Origin: a virus
DNA: 64,000 bases
Reading direction: 5' to 3' (one strand)
Virus record (IMG/VR): IMGVR_UViG_3300008516_000159
Shown here: positions 9,297 to 17,931 of the stretch, one piece after another
How positions within the stretch are numbered: the first letter of the stretch is position 1
Layout: every line of letters begins with the position of its first letter
The notes under the pieces: model-generated
The model's input: the letters and a program-made list of their open reading frames with translations, nothing else
The model's database searches: none
What the model was told of the DNA's origin: nothing
Made by a program: the position numbers and the translations under genes

Positions 9297-9551
9297 AATA
9301 ATAGCTCTCATAACCTGGATTCTGATTAAATCTACATCTATCTCAGCCTTAGACTGGCCCTTGCGAGCTGCCCGCTACCCGCTCATCATGATGCCACTTA
9401 CGCATTAGAGCTGCTTGCGGTCGCACGGTAGATCGCCATAGCGATCTTTATGAGTGGTAAAACGGCTTGTGGCCTCCCACACTAAGTGGACCGTGTCCAG
9501 AGTTTTCTCTACATATTGTGAAATATGCAGCGTAGATCCGGAGCTATTATT
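9297..9551 (-). ncRNA. rnpB: Ribonuclease P RNA (minimal, ~255 nt)
   Basis: P1 AATAATAGCTC/GAGCTATTATT; P2 ATCTACG/TGTAGAT; P3 GCATATT-TCAC-AATATGT; P4 AAC(T)CTGGA/TCCAGGTT in contexts GAGAAAACTCTGGAC and CAGAATCCAGGTTAT. Confidence 0.88.
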
Positions 9552-9623
9552 TAGGCCGAGCGGGATTCGAACCCAGCATTGAGCGGTTATAAGCCGCCGA
9601 GTCTACCATTGACTTACCGGCCC
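9552..9623 (-). tRNA. tRNA-Ile(UAU)
   Basis: GGCGG-CTTATAA-CCGCT; 3' end abuts the RNase P RNA. Confidence 0.88.
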
Positions 9624-9729
9624 GTGCGCTTGGCAAACTTCTCAGCGAGCTTTTCTGTCGCTATTGTTTCTACGTATAGTATACCAAGCAATCCTAAAAT
9701 TGTAAAGGTATTAATTAAAATCTGCATCT

Positions 9730-9903
9730 CTATATCTCCATAGCCGATTCATCGATACAACTAGCACAGAGCCAATGTTTAGTATAATCACCATACATGT
9801 CGGCAGCATATGGATCTTCAGTGTATTCTGCGTTAGGATTGCCACACCTTTCGCAGGGTTTGGATAATAAAAGCTCTTTTGCTTTTTCGGCCTTTTGTTT
9901 CAC
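9730..9903 (-). CDS. AKxLL-CxxC microprotein (57 aa, not in ORF track)
   Basis: GTG start; VKQKAEKAKELLLSKPCERCGNPNA...EDPY...HWLCASC; paralog of the next two ORFs. Confidence 0.75.
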   Translation of the reverse strand: MKQKAEKAKELLLSKPCERCGNPNAEYTEDPYAADMYGDYTKHWLCASCIDESAMEI

Positions 9904-10127
9904 GTGTTAACCCCCTGTGATAACGCGAACCATTTTGAAAGATCTCTGTCTGTTGGAATTGCCACATCTAATTCTTCGAGACAATTGTAGCAAAGCCAAT
10001 GTTTATCATGGTTATCGAACATCTCAGCATCATACGGATCTTCAACGTATATTGCGTCAGCGTTGCCACACCTGTCACAAGGTTTAGATAACAAAAGCTC
10101 TTTTGCTTTTTTGGTCTTTTCTTTCAT
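9900..10127 (-). CDS. AKxLL-CxxC microprotein
   Basis: MKEKTKKAKELLLSKPCDRCGN...HWLCYNC. Confidence 0.8.
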   Translation of the reverse strand: MKEKTKKAKELLLSKPCDRCGNADAIYVEDPYDAEMFDNHDKHWLCYNCLEELDVAIPTDRDLSKWFALSQGVNT

Positions 10128-10138
10128 GACATTATCTA

Positions 10139-10300
10139 TTACGCGTCAACTGAAACACATTTATCACAAAGCCAATGTTTAGTGTGATAACCGTTGGCCA
10201 GAAGAAATGGATCTTCAACTTTCGTAGCGTTAGGGTTGCCACACCTTTCACACGGCTTGGATAATAAAAGCTCTTTTGCTTTTTCGGTTTTTTCTTTCAT
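10139..10300 (-). CDS. AKxLL-CxxC microprotein
   Basis: MKEKTEKAKELLLSKPCERCGN...HWLCDKC; start trimmed to avoid the tRNA. Confidence 0.78.
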   Translation of the reverse strand: MKEKTEKAKELLLSKPCERCGNPNATKVEDPFLLANGYHTKHWLCDKCVSVDA

Positions 10301-10316
10301 GGCATTATCTATGTCT

Positions 10317-10402
10317 CGGAGACGCGGGGATTCGAACCCCGAACCCGCTTCCGCGAGCACCTGTCTTCCAAACAGGCCGACTACCAGTTATCACACGTCT
10401 CC
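10317..10402 (-). tRNA. tRNA-Ser(GGA)
   Basis: CCTGT-TTGGAAG-ACAGG; long variable arm. Confidence 0.9.
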
Positions 10403-10415
10403 CTGTGTCCTTCAT

Positions 10416-10643
10416 TCAGCATCTATTATTGGCTAGCACTATTTCAAGTCTACAGGCTCGACACACACTCAATATGGTACCGTCTTCTAATCGTTCCCAA
10501 CCAAAGTATTTACACATATACCTTCTTGGATAATAATGCCCACATATTTCACACTTGTATTTCCTTCTCCTCATTTTAGCGCACTCTTCACAACAGTACC
10601 TGGATAATAAAAAATCCTTTGCTTTTTTGGTCTTTTTCTTCAC
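10416..10643 (-). CDS. AKxLL-CxxC microprotein
   Basis: KTKKAKDFLLSRYCCEEC...CEICG...CRAC. Confidence 0.72.
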   Translation of the reverse strand: MKKKTKKAKDFLLSRYCCEECAKMRRRKYKCEICGHYYPRRYMCKYFGWERLEDGTILSVCRACRLEIVLANNRC

Positions 10644-10662
10644 GGCCTTATCTATGTCTCAA

Positions 10663-11067
10663 TTACATAGGTGACTTTTCTTCAACCACTCCGCGGTCTT
10701 CCAACTCAGGTCTGTGTCGGTAAAGCAAAGGTCTTTGGATTTTGACCAGCTCATAACCTACAATATCACCGAGAATTTTTAGCCATGTTCCACGGCAAAA
10801 AGGCCCATCGGCCAAGTCGCTACCGCGTGTCCATTCTTCTCCGGCTCTTGGTTTTCTTGAGCTGGCTATACATCCAAGATAACCATCGTCTTTTCCGCCT
10901 ATTGGTGGTCTGGCTGATATACCATAAGAATGATCATTGGTATACAACTTCAAATAAACACGACCCTTTTCCTCGGCAACATAAATACAGTCTTCTTCTT
11001 TGTAACCGGCGTATCTTAATTCGCCAACCCACTCCATTAGTTGATTCTTGATATCCTCGAGTTCCAT
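10663..11067 (-). CDS. Hypothetical phage protein
   Basis: 134-aa ORF with an SD-like GGAGG upstream. Confidence 0.65.
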   Translation of the reverse strand: MELEDIKNQLMEWVGELRYAGYKEEDCIYVAEEKGRVYLKLYTNDHSYGISARPPIGGKDDGYLGCIASSRKPRAGEEWTRGSDLADGPFCRGTWLKILGDIVGYELVKIQRPLLYRHRPELEDRGVVEEKSPM

Positions 11068-11137
11068 AACAGAACCTCCTAAACTTTTAATTTGCCATAA
11101 CGGCTATTATTCCTTGTGTCTCTAAATAGTGTTGCTT

Positions 11138-11572
11138 TTATTCCTCTGTCGCCGGCTTAAAATAATATACATTCCAGCCAGTAGTCCGGTTATCAATCAT
11201 CCTTATCCCACTGTCGCCTATTAGTATATAGACATCGTCACCCACATCGCAGTTCAAAAATAAATCGCGATTGTCAAACGACCACGAACCATTTCTTTCC
11301 AGATTTTTTTCTATTGTTTCTTTTTCGGTCGTCTTGATACAAATAATCTCGGTCAGGGTTCCAGTTATATGTGTGTAATACTTATTTTCACTCACGAGCA
11401 ATTGATCTACCACACGACCAGCATAAGCATATGAAGTCTTGGCATCTAATCTAGATTCGTCTTGTATCTTAAAGTTCGCTGGATTGTATAATAACACATA
11501 ACACAAAAGTGTACACAGTCCTGCGGCCGCAAACACAACACTTACTTTAAACCAAAATCTATTCTTACCCAT
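11138..11572 (-). CDS. Membrane-anchored hypothetical protein
   Basis: N-terminal hydrophobic segment. Confidence 0.6.
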   Translation of the reverse strand: MGKNRFWFKVSVVFAAAGLCTLLCYVLLYNPANFKIQDESRLDAKTSYAYAGRVVDQLLVSENKYYTHITGTLTEIICIKTTEKETIEKNLERNGSWSFDNRDLFLNCDVGDDVYILIGDSGIRMIDNRTTGWNVYYFKPATEE

Positions 11573-11595
11573 TTTTATCTCCTTGTACCTATATT

Positions 11596-11683
11596 CGGAG
11601 AGCTAGAGATTCGAACTCTAAAAGCAACAATTGTCGCTTTACTGCTTTTCGAAAGCAGCTCCTCATCCAACCGGATGCCCTCC
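11596..11683 (-). tRNA. tRNA-Ser(CGA)
   Basis: CTGCT-TTCGAAA-AGCAG; long variable arm. Confidence 0.88.
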
Positions 11684-12082
11684 ATTATATTTCTCGTAGT
11701 ATTTTTTTCGATATCTATTATAATTATTATTACAACCCCTATTTCTACCTGCAAATGTAGTTGTTTGGCTATTACAGTTAGAACAAATAAGTCTCAAATT
11801 ATTTTTGCTGTGATTTATATTATTTCCGTCAATATGATCCAATACAAATATAAGATCTTTGTTGTTCCAAACATTTTCCATTCCACATATGGCGCATTGA
11901 TTATTCTGTTCACTTAATAGATATCGTCTGATCCAAATACCAGGCTTTTTAGATGTTGCTCCACTTTTTAGCCATTCTATAATATATATTTCTTCGCGAT
12001 GTCTTCTACTACAGCTGTCACAACATTCGCTGTTGCTGTAAATCTTTCTTCCACAATTACAAATTTTATTCTTTTGTGGCAT
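11663..12082 (-). CDS. HNH endonuclease
   Basis: CAICG, LDHIDGN, NLRLICSNCNSQ; stop codon inside tRNA-Ser(CGA). Confidence 0.88.
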   Translation of the reverse strand: MPQKNKICNCGRKIYSNSECCDSCSRRHREEIYIIEWLKSGATSKKPGIWIRRYLLSEQNNQCAICGMENVWNNKDLIFVLDHIDGNNINHSKNNLRLICSNCNSQTTTFAGRNRGCNNNYNRYRKKYYEKYNGGHPVG

Positions 12083-12716
12083 GCATATATTCCTTTACTG
12101 GTTTGTAGCTTCTTCTGTGTATCTCACAAGGTCCGTATTTCAGCAGGCCCTTGATGTGTTCTCTTGTCGGATAACCTTTGTTTTTATCAAAATGGTAACC
12201 GTCAAAATGGTAGTTCATATCTATCATATGATCATCTCTTATTACTTTAGCCAAGATGCTTGCCGCAGCAACAGCCAAACTTTTGTCTTCGCCATATACA
12301 AATGAAATAGTCGGTACTTTTAAATATAACCAGTTTAATTTAACAGCATCCACCATTACATATTCTAGTGTTTTACTATACTTGGCTAAATCTTCTCGAG
12401 CAGAAATTATAGCCATTTTCATCGCCATTTTCGTGGCTTTCAATATGTTTATGTCATCTATAGTAAAGGCGTGAACAGTTCCCCAACCATAGGCAACAGC
12501 GCTGCTTTTTATATCAACACACAATCTTCTTCTCTGCCAATTAGTAAGCTTCTTGGAATCTTTTATGCCTTGCGGTATATTGTCGTAATCCAACACCACA
12601 CAGGCCGCAATAACCGGGCCAGCTAAACTTCCACGGCCAGCTTCATCTACTCCAGCTATTGTGTAGTACCCAAGATTCCTCAGGAAATCATCTATCTTGT
12701 TCATCTTCAGCACCAA
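12066..12716 (-). CDS. rnhB: Ribonuclease HII
   Basis: AGVDEAGRGSLAGPV, DSKKL, VDA, AAASILAKV.RD, KGYPT..H. Confidence 0.95.
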   Translation of the reverse strand: MVLKMNKIDDFLRNLGYYTIAGVDEAGRGSLAGPVIAACVVLDYDNIPQGIKDSKKLTNWQRRRLCVDIKSSAVAYGWGTVHAFTIDDINILKATKMAMKMAIISAREDLAKYSKTLEYVMVDAVKLNWLYLKVPTISFVYGEDKSLAVAAASILAKVIRDDHMIDMNYHFDGYHFDKNKGYPTREHIKGLLKYGPCEIHRRSYKPVKEYMHATKE

Positions 12717-12963
12717 GCTGGCTTAACCACATTTCTAATTGATGATAGAAATCATCATCGAAAGCTACCTTTTCCATGAAGGCCCATATGACTTGTTTGT
12801 TCTTAACTTCGTCCCATAGTTCCTTTGTGATCTTTTTAGCCAATTGATATTCATAGCCCGCTTTCCAGCATTTTTCGCAACAATATTCACTTTCCCAGAA
12901 ATTAGACAGACTGCAGCTGGTGCAGTGATGATATTTTTTACCACAACTTTTACATATAGCCAT
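12688..12963 (-). CDS. Zinc-finger hypothetical protein
   Basis: CKSCG...CTSC...CCEKC. Confidence 0.6.
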   Translation of the reverse strand: MAICKSCGKKYHHCTSCSLSNFWESEYCCEKCWKAGYEYQLAKKITKELWDEVKNKQVIWAFMEKVAFDDDFYHQLEMWLSQLGAEDEQDR

Positions 12964-13110
12964 TCAATATCTCATATACATATGCTTTTAATAATATAGA
13001 CGCCGCCCCGTTGTTACGAGTATATATATCAAGCTCCTTAACTTGACCCCGCGTTGCCTACCGAACCTGGGGCTGCGCGCCTATTGGCGATCAAGAAGGA
13101 TCGACCAATA

Positions 13111-13196
13111 CGGAAGGCCGGGGATTCGAACCCCGAAGCCACTTGCGCGACCAACAGATTAGCAATCTGTCCGACTACCAATTATCGCAGCCTTCC
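13111..13196 (-). tRNA. tRNA-Ser(GCU)
   Basis: ACAGA-TTGCTAA-TCTGT; long variable arm. Confidence 0.9.
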
Positions 13197-13600
13197 AAAA
13201 ATTCCTTATAAAAAGGCCTCTCGTTAGATTTCTTTTTTTTAGCTTCCAACACTCTTATAGAAAAATAATGCTCACAACTGCCGTCTAAGTGTTTTTTTGA
13301 AATATACAACACTTTATCTACATCTGGAACATATACTGCCCAACCATCTATTAAATCCATGTCTATAGCCACTTCTTTGCTATTTACAACATTGTAAAAA
13401 GGTATATGAATCAAACCTTCCCAGCCTTTTCTATTAACCGATCTATACTTCACTTGCAGTCTTACGGTCTTTGATCCTTTGACCGCAATCAGATCAACAG
13501 AGGAATAATCTCCGAATGGCAAGAAGATTTCGTAACCTCTATCGATTAAATCGTCAATTACTTTAGTTAAGCCTTTTACGCCCTTTTCGTTTGTGTTCAC
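13175..13600 (-). CDS. PD-(D/E)XK endonuclease (paralog of 7590..8024)
   Basis: KGVKG, VDLIA, RLQVKY; stop codon inside tRNA-Ser(GCU). Confidence 0.85.
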   Translation of the reverse strand: MNTNEKGVKGLTKVIDDLIDRGYEIFLPFGDYSSVDLIAVKGSKTVRLQVKYRSVNRKGWEGLIHIPFYNVVNSKEVAIDMDLIDGWAVYVPDVDKVLYISKKHLDGSCEHYFSIRVLEAKKKKSNERPFYKEFLEGCDNW

Positions 13601-13607
13601 TGTTTTA

Positions 13608-14003
13608 TCATTTCAAAAGTCTTTTTGCTTTTAAACGCTTTTCGTCTTTCTCTTTTAGCATTGGAATATCGAGCCCGAATTGTTTGTTAAACAATCTCCG
13701 GCCGTCAGATGAATGAACCAATGTTAAGTTGCTATAAACACAACCGCCAACACCATTGGCTTTTCTGTGTATAACGCGAACATTAGTTTGAGGCCAGACA
13801 ATACCAGCACCATCTTTTTTAACGACGGTTTTCAAAGGTGTGATAACAGCAAGAGTATCTCCAACATCAAGTTCAATTCTCTCTAGCAAGCCAATGGCAC
13901 CAATGAGTCTTTCATTGCCATTTTCGTCAGGCGCGGATATAGTAAATCCAGAAATGTTACAGGGTTCTAAAAGTGGCCCAAACACGAGTTTTTTCGTCTT
14001 CAT
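13608..14003 (-). CDS. Hypothetical protein with C-terminal AKxLL motif
   Basis: Ends KRLKAKRLLK. Confidence 0.65.
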   Translation of the reverse strand: MKTKKLVFGPLLEPCNISGFTISAPDENGNERLIGAIGLLERIELDVGDTLAVITPLKTVVKKDGAGIVWPQTNVRVIHRKANGVGGCVYSNLTLVHSSDGRRLFNKQFGLDIPMLKEKDEKRLKAKRLLK

Positions 14004-14407
14004 ACTATGATCCTATTAAATTAATTCCTATTTCCTAAGCAATTTAAGTGCAAAATCAGACGCCTTGTCGAACAATATAATGATCTCCATTCGCGAGTTT
14101 TCGCCTGAAACTGATTTGATCGTATGGTTTACAAAACAAATATCACCACTCCACTGTTCCATCCAATCACGAAGTCTCTCGAAGGTGTCAGCTATTATTT
14201 CAATCATCCTACGAGTTCTTATACCAAAGAATGATACTCTTACCCCAACAGAAAACGACTGCTTGCGACTATCAAGCTTTCCACTCTTGCTAACAAAAAC
14301 ATCATACGGTAGCGAATCTATAGAGACAGCATCGCTGCTTCCTTCAATTTTGTCATACAAAGAAAGTATTATATTTTGGTATGTTTCTATATCTAACATT
14401 TTCTATG

Positions 14408-14490
14408 CGGAGGCGGAGGGATTCGAACCCCCAAGCCGTTACCGACCACTCGGGTTCAAACCGAGCTGACTACCGTTATCACACGCCTCC
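14408..14490 (-). tRNA. tRNA-Ser(UGA)
   Basis: CTCGG-TTTGAAC-CCGAG; long variable arm. Confidence 0.9.
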
Positions 14491-14679
14491 TACTTCATCC
14501 CGTATCGTTTTCTTATTTCTTCCCAGGCTATATTATGACGAATCAAATCCTTTGCCCACTCGGCCCGATGCCGCTTTCTTTCTTTGTTAAGTCGTCGACG
14601 CGCTATAATAAACAATACAGTCGCGACGAACATGCCAAAAACAGCAAGCAAAAATCCAAGTATTTTTACAAAGTCCATT

Positions 14680-14753
14680 CTGGCCTGAGAGGATTTGAAC
14701 CTCTAGCCTTCTGATTCAGAGTCAGACGCTCTACCAAATTGCGCTACAGGCCA
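14680..14753 (-). tRNA. tRNA-Gln(CUG)
   Basis: TCTGA-CTCTGAA-TCAGA; U1-A72. Confidence 0.9.
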
Positions 14754-14852
14754 TCGCGTCGCCTAACAGCTCATCTACATCATTACAATGTTGATTTTGG
14801 CATAAGCCTCAGGAATCCTGGTATGCGACGCAGTACTACGATCCCTTTTTCC

Positions 14853-15224
14853 CTAAAACGGCATTGGTATTAAATAGCTACGCGTATATGAATCGTTTAC
14901 GTACATCGGACCAATTCGGCTGTCAGAAAAGGTACTCTTTTCCACTTCCAGTTTAGCAACGCCTTTTTTATCCACAAAAGCCTTGAACCGGCTTTGCTCT
15001 ATCAACATAATACAATAGTATTCGCCGTCGTCGGAGATCATAGTTACAGCGTACACGAATTCGCCAAAAACACCACCCATGAACTCAACGATTGGTACAT
15101 CAAAGAGACCTTGATATTTAATAGTAATATCATGATCTACGCCATATGCTCTGAATGTGCTTTCTTCGGCATATGCCATGGTAACCATAAAAAACAACAC
15201 CATAAAAATCAAAAGCTTTTTCAT
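14853..15224 (-). CDS. Secreted hypothetical protein
   Basis: Signal peptide MKKLLIFMVLFFMVTMAYA at the internal ATG 15224. Confidence 0.6.
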   Translation of the reverse strand: MKKLLIFMVLFFMVTMAYAEESTFRAYGVDHDITIKYQGLFDVPIVEFMGGVFGEFVYAVTMISDDGEYYCIMLIEQSRFKAFVDKKGVAKLEVEKSTFSDSRIGPMYVNDSYTRSYLIPMPF

Positions 15225-15449
15225 ATTATCCATCCTAATGTCAAGCTGTTCTATCCTTGTTACAACATTGTGCTCGTCCCAATTCCCGGTGGGCAATCTG
15301 AAATCATCCATGCAATTGCAAGAATAAAAAAGTAGGCTATCAATATTGCTCCTATCCAAACAGGGCATGTGTGTCGATAAATTATGGCGAGTATAAAACC
15401 ACCAAGCCCAACTGCTGTCAAGATACACAAAATCCCTTGCACTTTCATA

Positions 15450-16469
15450 TTATCCTTCGTATTCCTCATGCTGCTGCGTCACTCTTATAAAAGTGGTACA
15501 CTTGCTGAGTTGTTTCAATGATGGCGCACCAACATAAGTACAGGTTGACCTAAGCCCGCCCAATATTTCTCTAATCGTGTCTATGACACGCCCTTTGTAC
15601 GCCACATCAATGGTCCTCCCTTCTGAGGCACGGTGAGCTTTAGGCCCACCATGGTACCGTTTTTGCGCCGTCTCTGAGGACATGCCATAGAACTTCATAT
15701 TTCCTTGTTCATCAACATTACCACATTCACTATGGCCAGCTAACATACCACCAAGCATAACGAAGTCAGCACCAGCTCCGAAAGCTTTCGCGACATCACC
15801 GGGACATCTGCAACCGCCATCAGATATAATATGTCCTTTCAGGCCGTGGGCCGCATCAGCACATTCAATAATAGCCGAAAGCTGTGGATAACCGACCCCA
15901 GTCTTCAATCTTGTAGTACAAACCGATCCCGAACCGATACCAACCTTGACTATATCAGCACCGGATAAAATCAATTGTTCAGTCATCTCCGCAGTTACAA
16001 CGTTACCGGCTATTATAGTAACTTCAGGAAATCTTTTGCGAGCTTTTTGAACAAAGTCCGCAAAATACTCTCCATAACCGTTAGCCACGTCGATGCATAT
16101 GAACTCCAGGAAATCAGTTGTCAGCTCGCCTATTGCTTCAAATTTATCTAACTCTTCCTCGCGAGCACCTATACTAATCGCTCCGTAATATGGAAAGAAC
16201 ATATGTATGTTTTTTTTCCAATCTTCCAAATTATAATACTTATGTATAGCTGTAAATATATATTGATCTCTGAGAGCAGAGTGCATCTCAAAGCTACCTA
16301 TCGTGTCCATGTTAGATGCCATTATTGGAATGCCTTTCCAATAAAGACCAGAATGTTTAAAATGGTAATCGCGTTCTAAATCTACATCTTTCCTGGATCG
16401 CAATGTACTTCTCTTTGGACGAATCAAAACGTCCTTGAAATCAAGTTTTACGTCATCATCTAATCTCAT
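15450..16469 (-). CDS. guaC: GMP reductase
   Basis: [43 protein letters not shown]. Confidence 0.95.
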   Translation of the reverse strand: MRLDDDVKLDFKDVLIRPKRSTLRSRKDVDLERDYHFKHSGLYWKGIPIMASNMDTIGSFEMHSALRDQYIFTAIHKYYNLEDWKKNIHMFFPYYGAISIGAREEELDKFEAIGELTTDFLEFICIDVANGYGEYFADFVQKARKRFPEVTIIAGNVVTAEMTEQLILSGADIVKVGIGSGSVCTTRLKTGVGYPQLSAIIECADAAHGLKGHIISDGGCRCPGDVAKAFGAGADFVMLGGMLAGHSECGNVDEQGNMKFYGMSSETAQKRYHGGPKAHRASEGRTIDVAYKGRVIDTIREILGGLRSTCTYVGAPSLKQLSKCTTFIRVTQQHEEYEG

Positions 16470-16478
16470 TTTAAGGCC

Positions 16479-16709
16479 TTACCATATCATTTCGGAAAGT
16501 AACCACTTTTCACATATTCTAGAGAACGGTATCACCACGCCATCTGGCCCGAATTTAATATCCCCCCTGCTGTTATGAGGGTCGCAATCTGACGGATACA
16601 TGCAACTTTTATCGTAATAATGACAGCTGTCGCACGATCTACCATATTGCAAAAGGAGCTTTGCACGTTCTATTTTTGTTCGACCAGGTATTGATACACA
16701 AGACATCAC
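16479..16709 (-). CDS. AKxLL-CxxC microprotein
   Basis: KIERAKLLLQYGRSCDSC...CEKW. Confidence 0.75.
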   Translation of the reverse strand: MMSCVSIPGRTKIERAKLLLQYGRSCDSCHYYDKSCMYPSDCDPHNSRGDIKFGPDGVVIPFSRICEKWLLSEMIW

Positions 16710-16993
16710 TCAAACCGCTTCGCCGCTTCTCTTTCAGCCTGAATAGAGGTAACTGCCAGTTCAGCAAGCGCCCATCTGGCACATACTCTCATTTCTGGTA
16801 TTTCGCCATGACGCGCCGACAAACCGCGATCTAAGCCGACCGTGCATTTTTCATTAGGACCATAAAAATCATAAGCCAATGATTCTTCGCAATGATGATT
16901 AAAATATTCACAGCTATCGCAAGATCTGCCGTATTTCAAAAGTAGCTTGCTGCGCACTATTTTTATTTGACTCTCTTCTGCTACGTAATGCAT
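16706..16993 (-). CDS. AKxLL-CxxC microprotein
   Basis: KIVRSKLLLKYGRSCDSC...CARW. Confidence 0.75.
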   Translation of the reverse strand: MHYVAEESQIKIVRSKLLLKYGRSCDSCEYFNHHCEESLAYDFYGPNEKCTVGLDRGLSARHGEIPEMRVCARWALAELAVTSIQAEREAAKRFE

Positions 16994-17004
16994 TTTTTCG
17001 TGTT

Positions 17005-17271
17005 TTAATCAGCCTCTTCGTCATCTTCAAACGTTACTTCAGATATTTTTAGCTTAGCGAGCACCCAGCTGTCGCATGTTCTTGTTTCCGGTAAATCTAA
17101 GCCTCGCTCTGTGGTTAACATACACGCCTCGCTGAAGCCATAAAAACCATGATCCCGTGGCTCCTTGCAATTATAATCAAAGTGTTCGCAGCTATCGCAA
17201 GATTTGCCGTATTTCAAAAGCAGCTTAGTGCGCTCTGTTTTTATTTGACTCTCTTTTGGTACGTAATACAT
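17005..17271 (-). CDS. AKxLL-CxxC microprotein
   Basis: KTERTKLLLKYGKSCDSC...CDSW. Confidence 0.75.
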   Translation of the reverse strand: MYYVPKESQIKTERTKLLLKYGKSCDSCEHFDYNCKEPRDHGFYGFSEACMLTTERGLDLPETRTCDSWVLAKLKISEVTFEDDEEAD

Positions 17272-17474
17272 TCAGATAGTATCCAGTAACCGCACATCTT
17301 TTCTTTTGGCATATCGCCGAAAACACAATCTACGTAATCCTCTCCATCAAACGTTTTGAGCAAACAATAATAATTGACTTTAAAACGACCGCAACTTTCA
17401 CAAGCTCGTCCACATCTTAAAATTAATTTAGCTTGTTCTCTCTTTATTTCATTTTCATCTGTTCTGTAATACAT
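17241..17474 (-). CDS. AKxLL-CxxC microprotein
   Basis: KREQAKLILRCGRACESC...CGYW; start trimmed to avoid the tRNA. Confidence 0.72.
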   Translation of the reverse strand: MYYRTDENEIKREQAKLILRCGRACESCGRFKVNYYCLLKTFDGEDYVDCVFGDMPKEKMCGYWILSECITYQKRVK

Positions 17475-17492
17475 TTCATACTTATATATGTA

Positions 17493-17568
17493 TGGGTGAC
17501 CGAAGGGATTCGAACCCTCGAATACCGGTTCCACAGACCGGCGCCTTTACCGCTCGGCCACGGCCACC
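17493..17568 (-). tRNA. tRNA-His(GUG)
   Basis: CCGGT-CTGTGGA-ACCGG; encoded G-1, C73 and CCA. Confidence 0.92.
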
Positions 17569-17573
17569 GCGTG

Positions 17574-17647
17574 CTGACCCGAGTGGGATCGAACCACTAA
17601 CATCCAGATTCAAAGTCTGGCGCTCTACCAAATTGAACTACGGGTCA
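17574..17647 (-). tRNA. tRNA-Gln(UUG)
   Basis: CCAGA-CTTTGAA-TCTGG. Confidence 0.9.
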
Positions 17648-17869
17648 TTCTCTGAGGCGCGCTCTCAACATCGCTCCGACAACATGAGCCGCCATTTTAA
17701 CCATATCTTTATTACGTTCTGTTGAGTATATCGAAACTACAGATTGCTCTATGTCTACATGTACGTTAGGAATGGTCGATATGGTGAGAAGTGCTTTTTT
17801 GATGCCAACAACCCTTTCGGGCGTAAGGCCATCAACAAAGTAGCTATACCATTTCAGCTTTGCAGTCAC
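17645..17869 (-). CDS. Small ferredoxin/HMA-like fold protein lacking CxxC
   Basis: VDGLT..RVVGIKKAL...IPNVHVDIE pattern; TGA stop is tRNA nt 1-3. Confidence 0.45.
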   Translation of the reverse strand: MTAKLKWYSYFVDGLTPERVVGIKKALLTISTIPNVHVDIEQSVVSIYSTERNKDMVKMAAHVVGAMLRARLRE

Positions 17870-17931
17870 GAGCTTTCTCCTGAATGCTTATCATTGTATC
17901 GCTTCTTTGTTGTTTTGTAAAGCTATAAGCG

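Noticed and set aside
9297-9551. Group I intron interpretation of this region (AAGGGCCAGTCT resembles the S element)
   Set aside because: No matching R element in the right order, while P1-P4 of RNase P pair cleanly.
13031-13110. SRP (4.5S) RNA call
   Set aside because: It lacks the GGAA tetraloop and AGCAG internal loop and the long closing helix. Kept only as a low-interest finding.
7528-13600. Group I introns in tRNA genes, suggested by intron-associated PD-(D/E)XK endonucleases
   Set aside because: The neighbouring tRNAs are intact cloverleaves, and I found no P7/R-S catalytic core. The endonucleases look free-standing.
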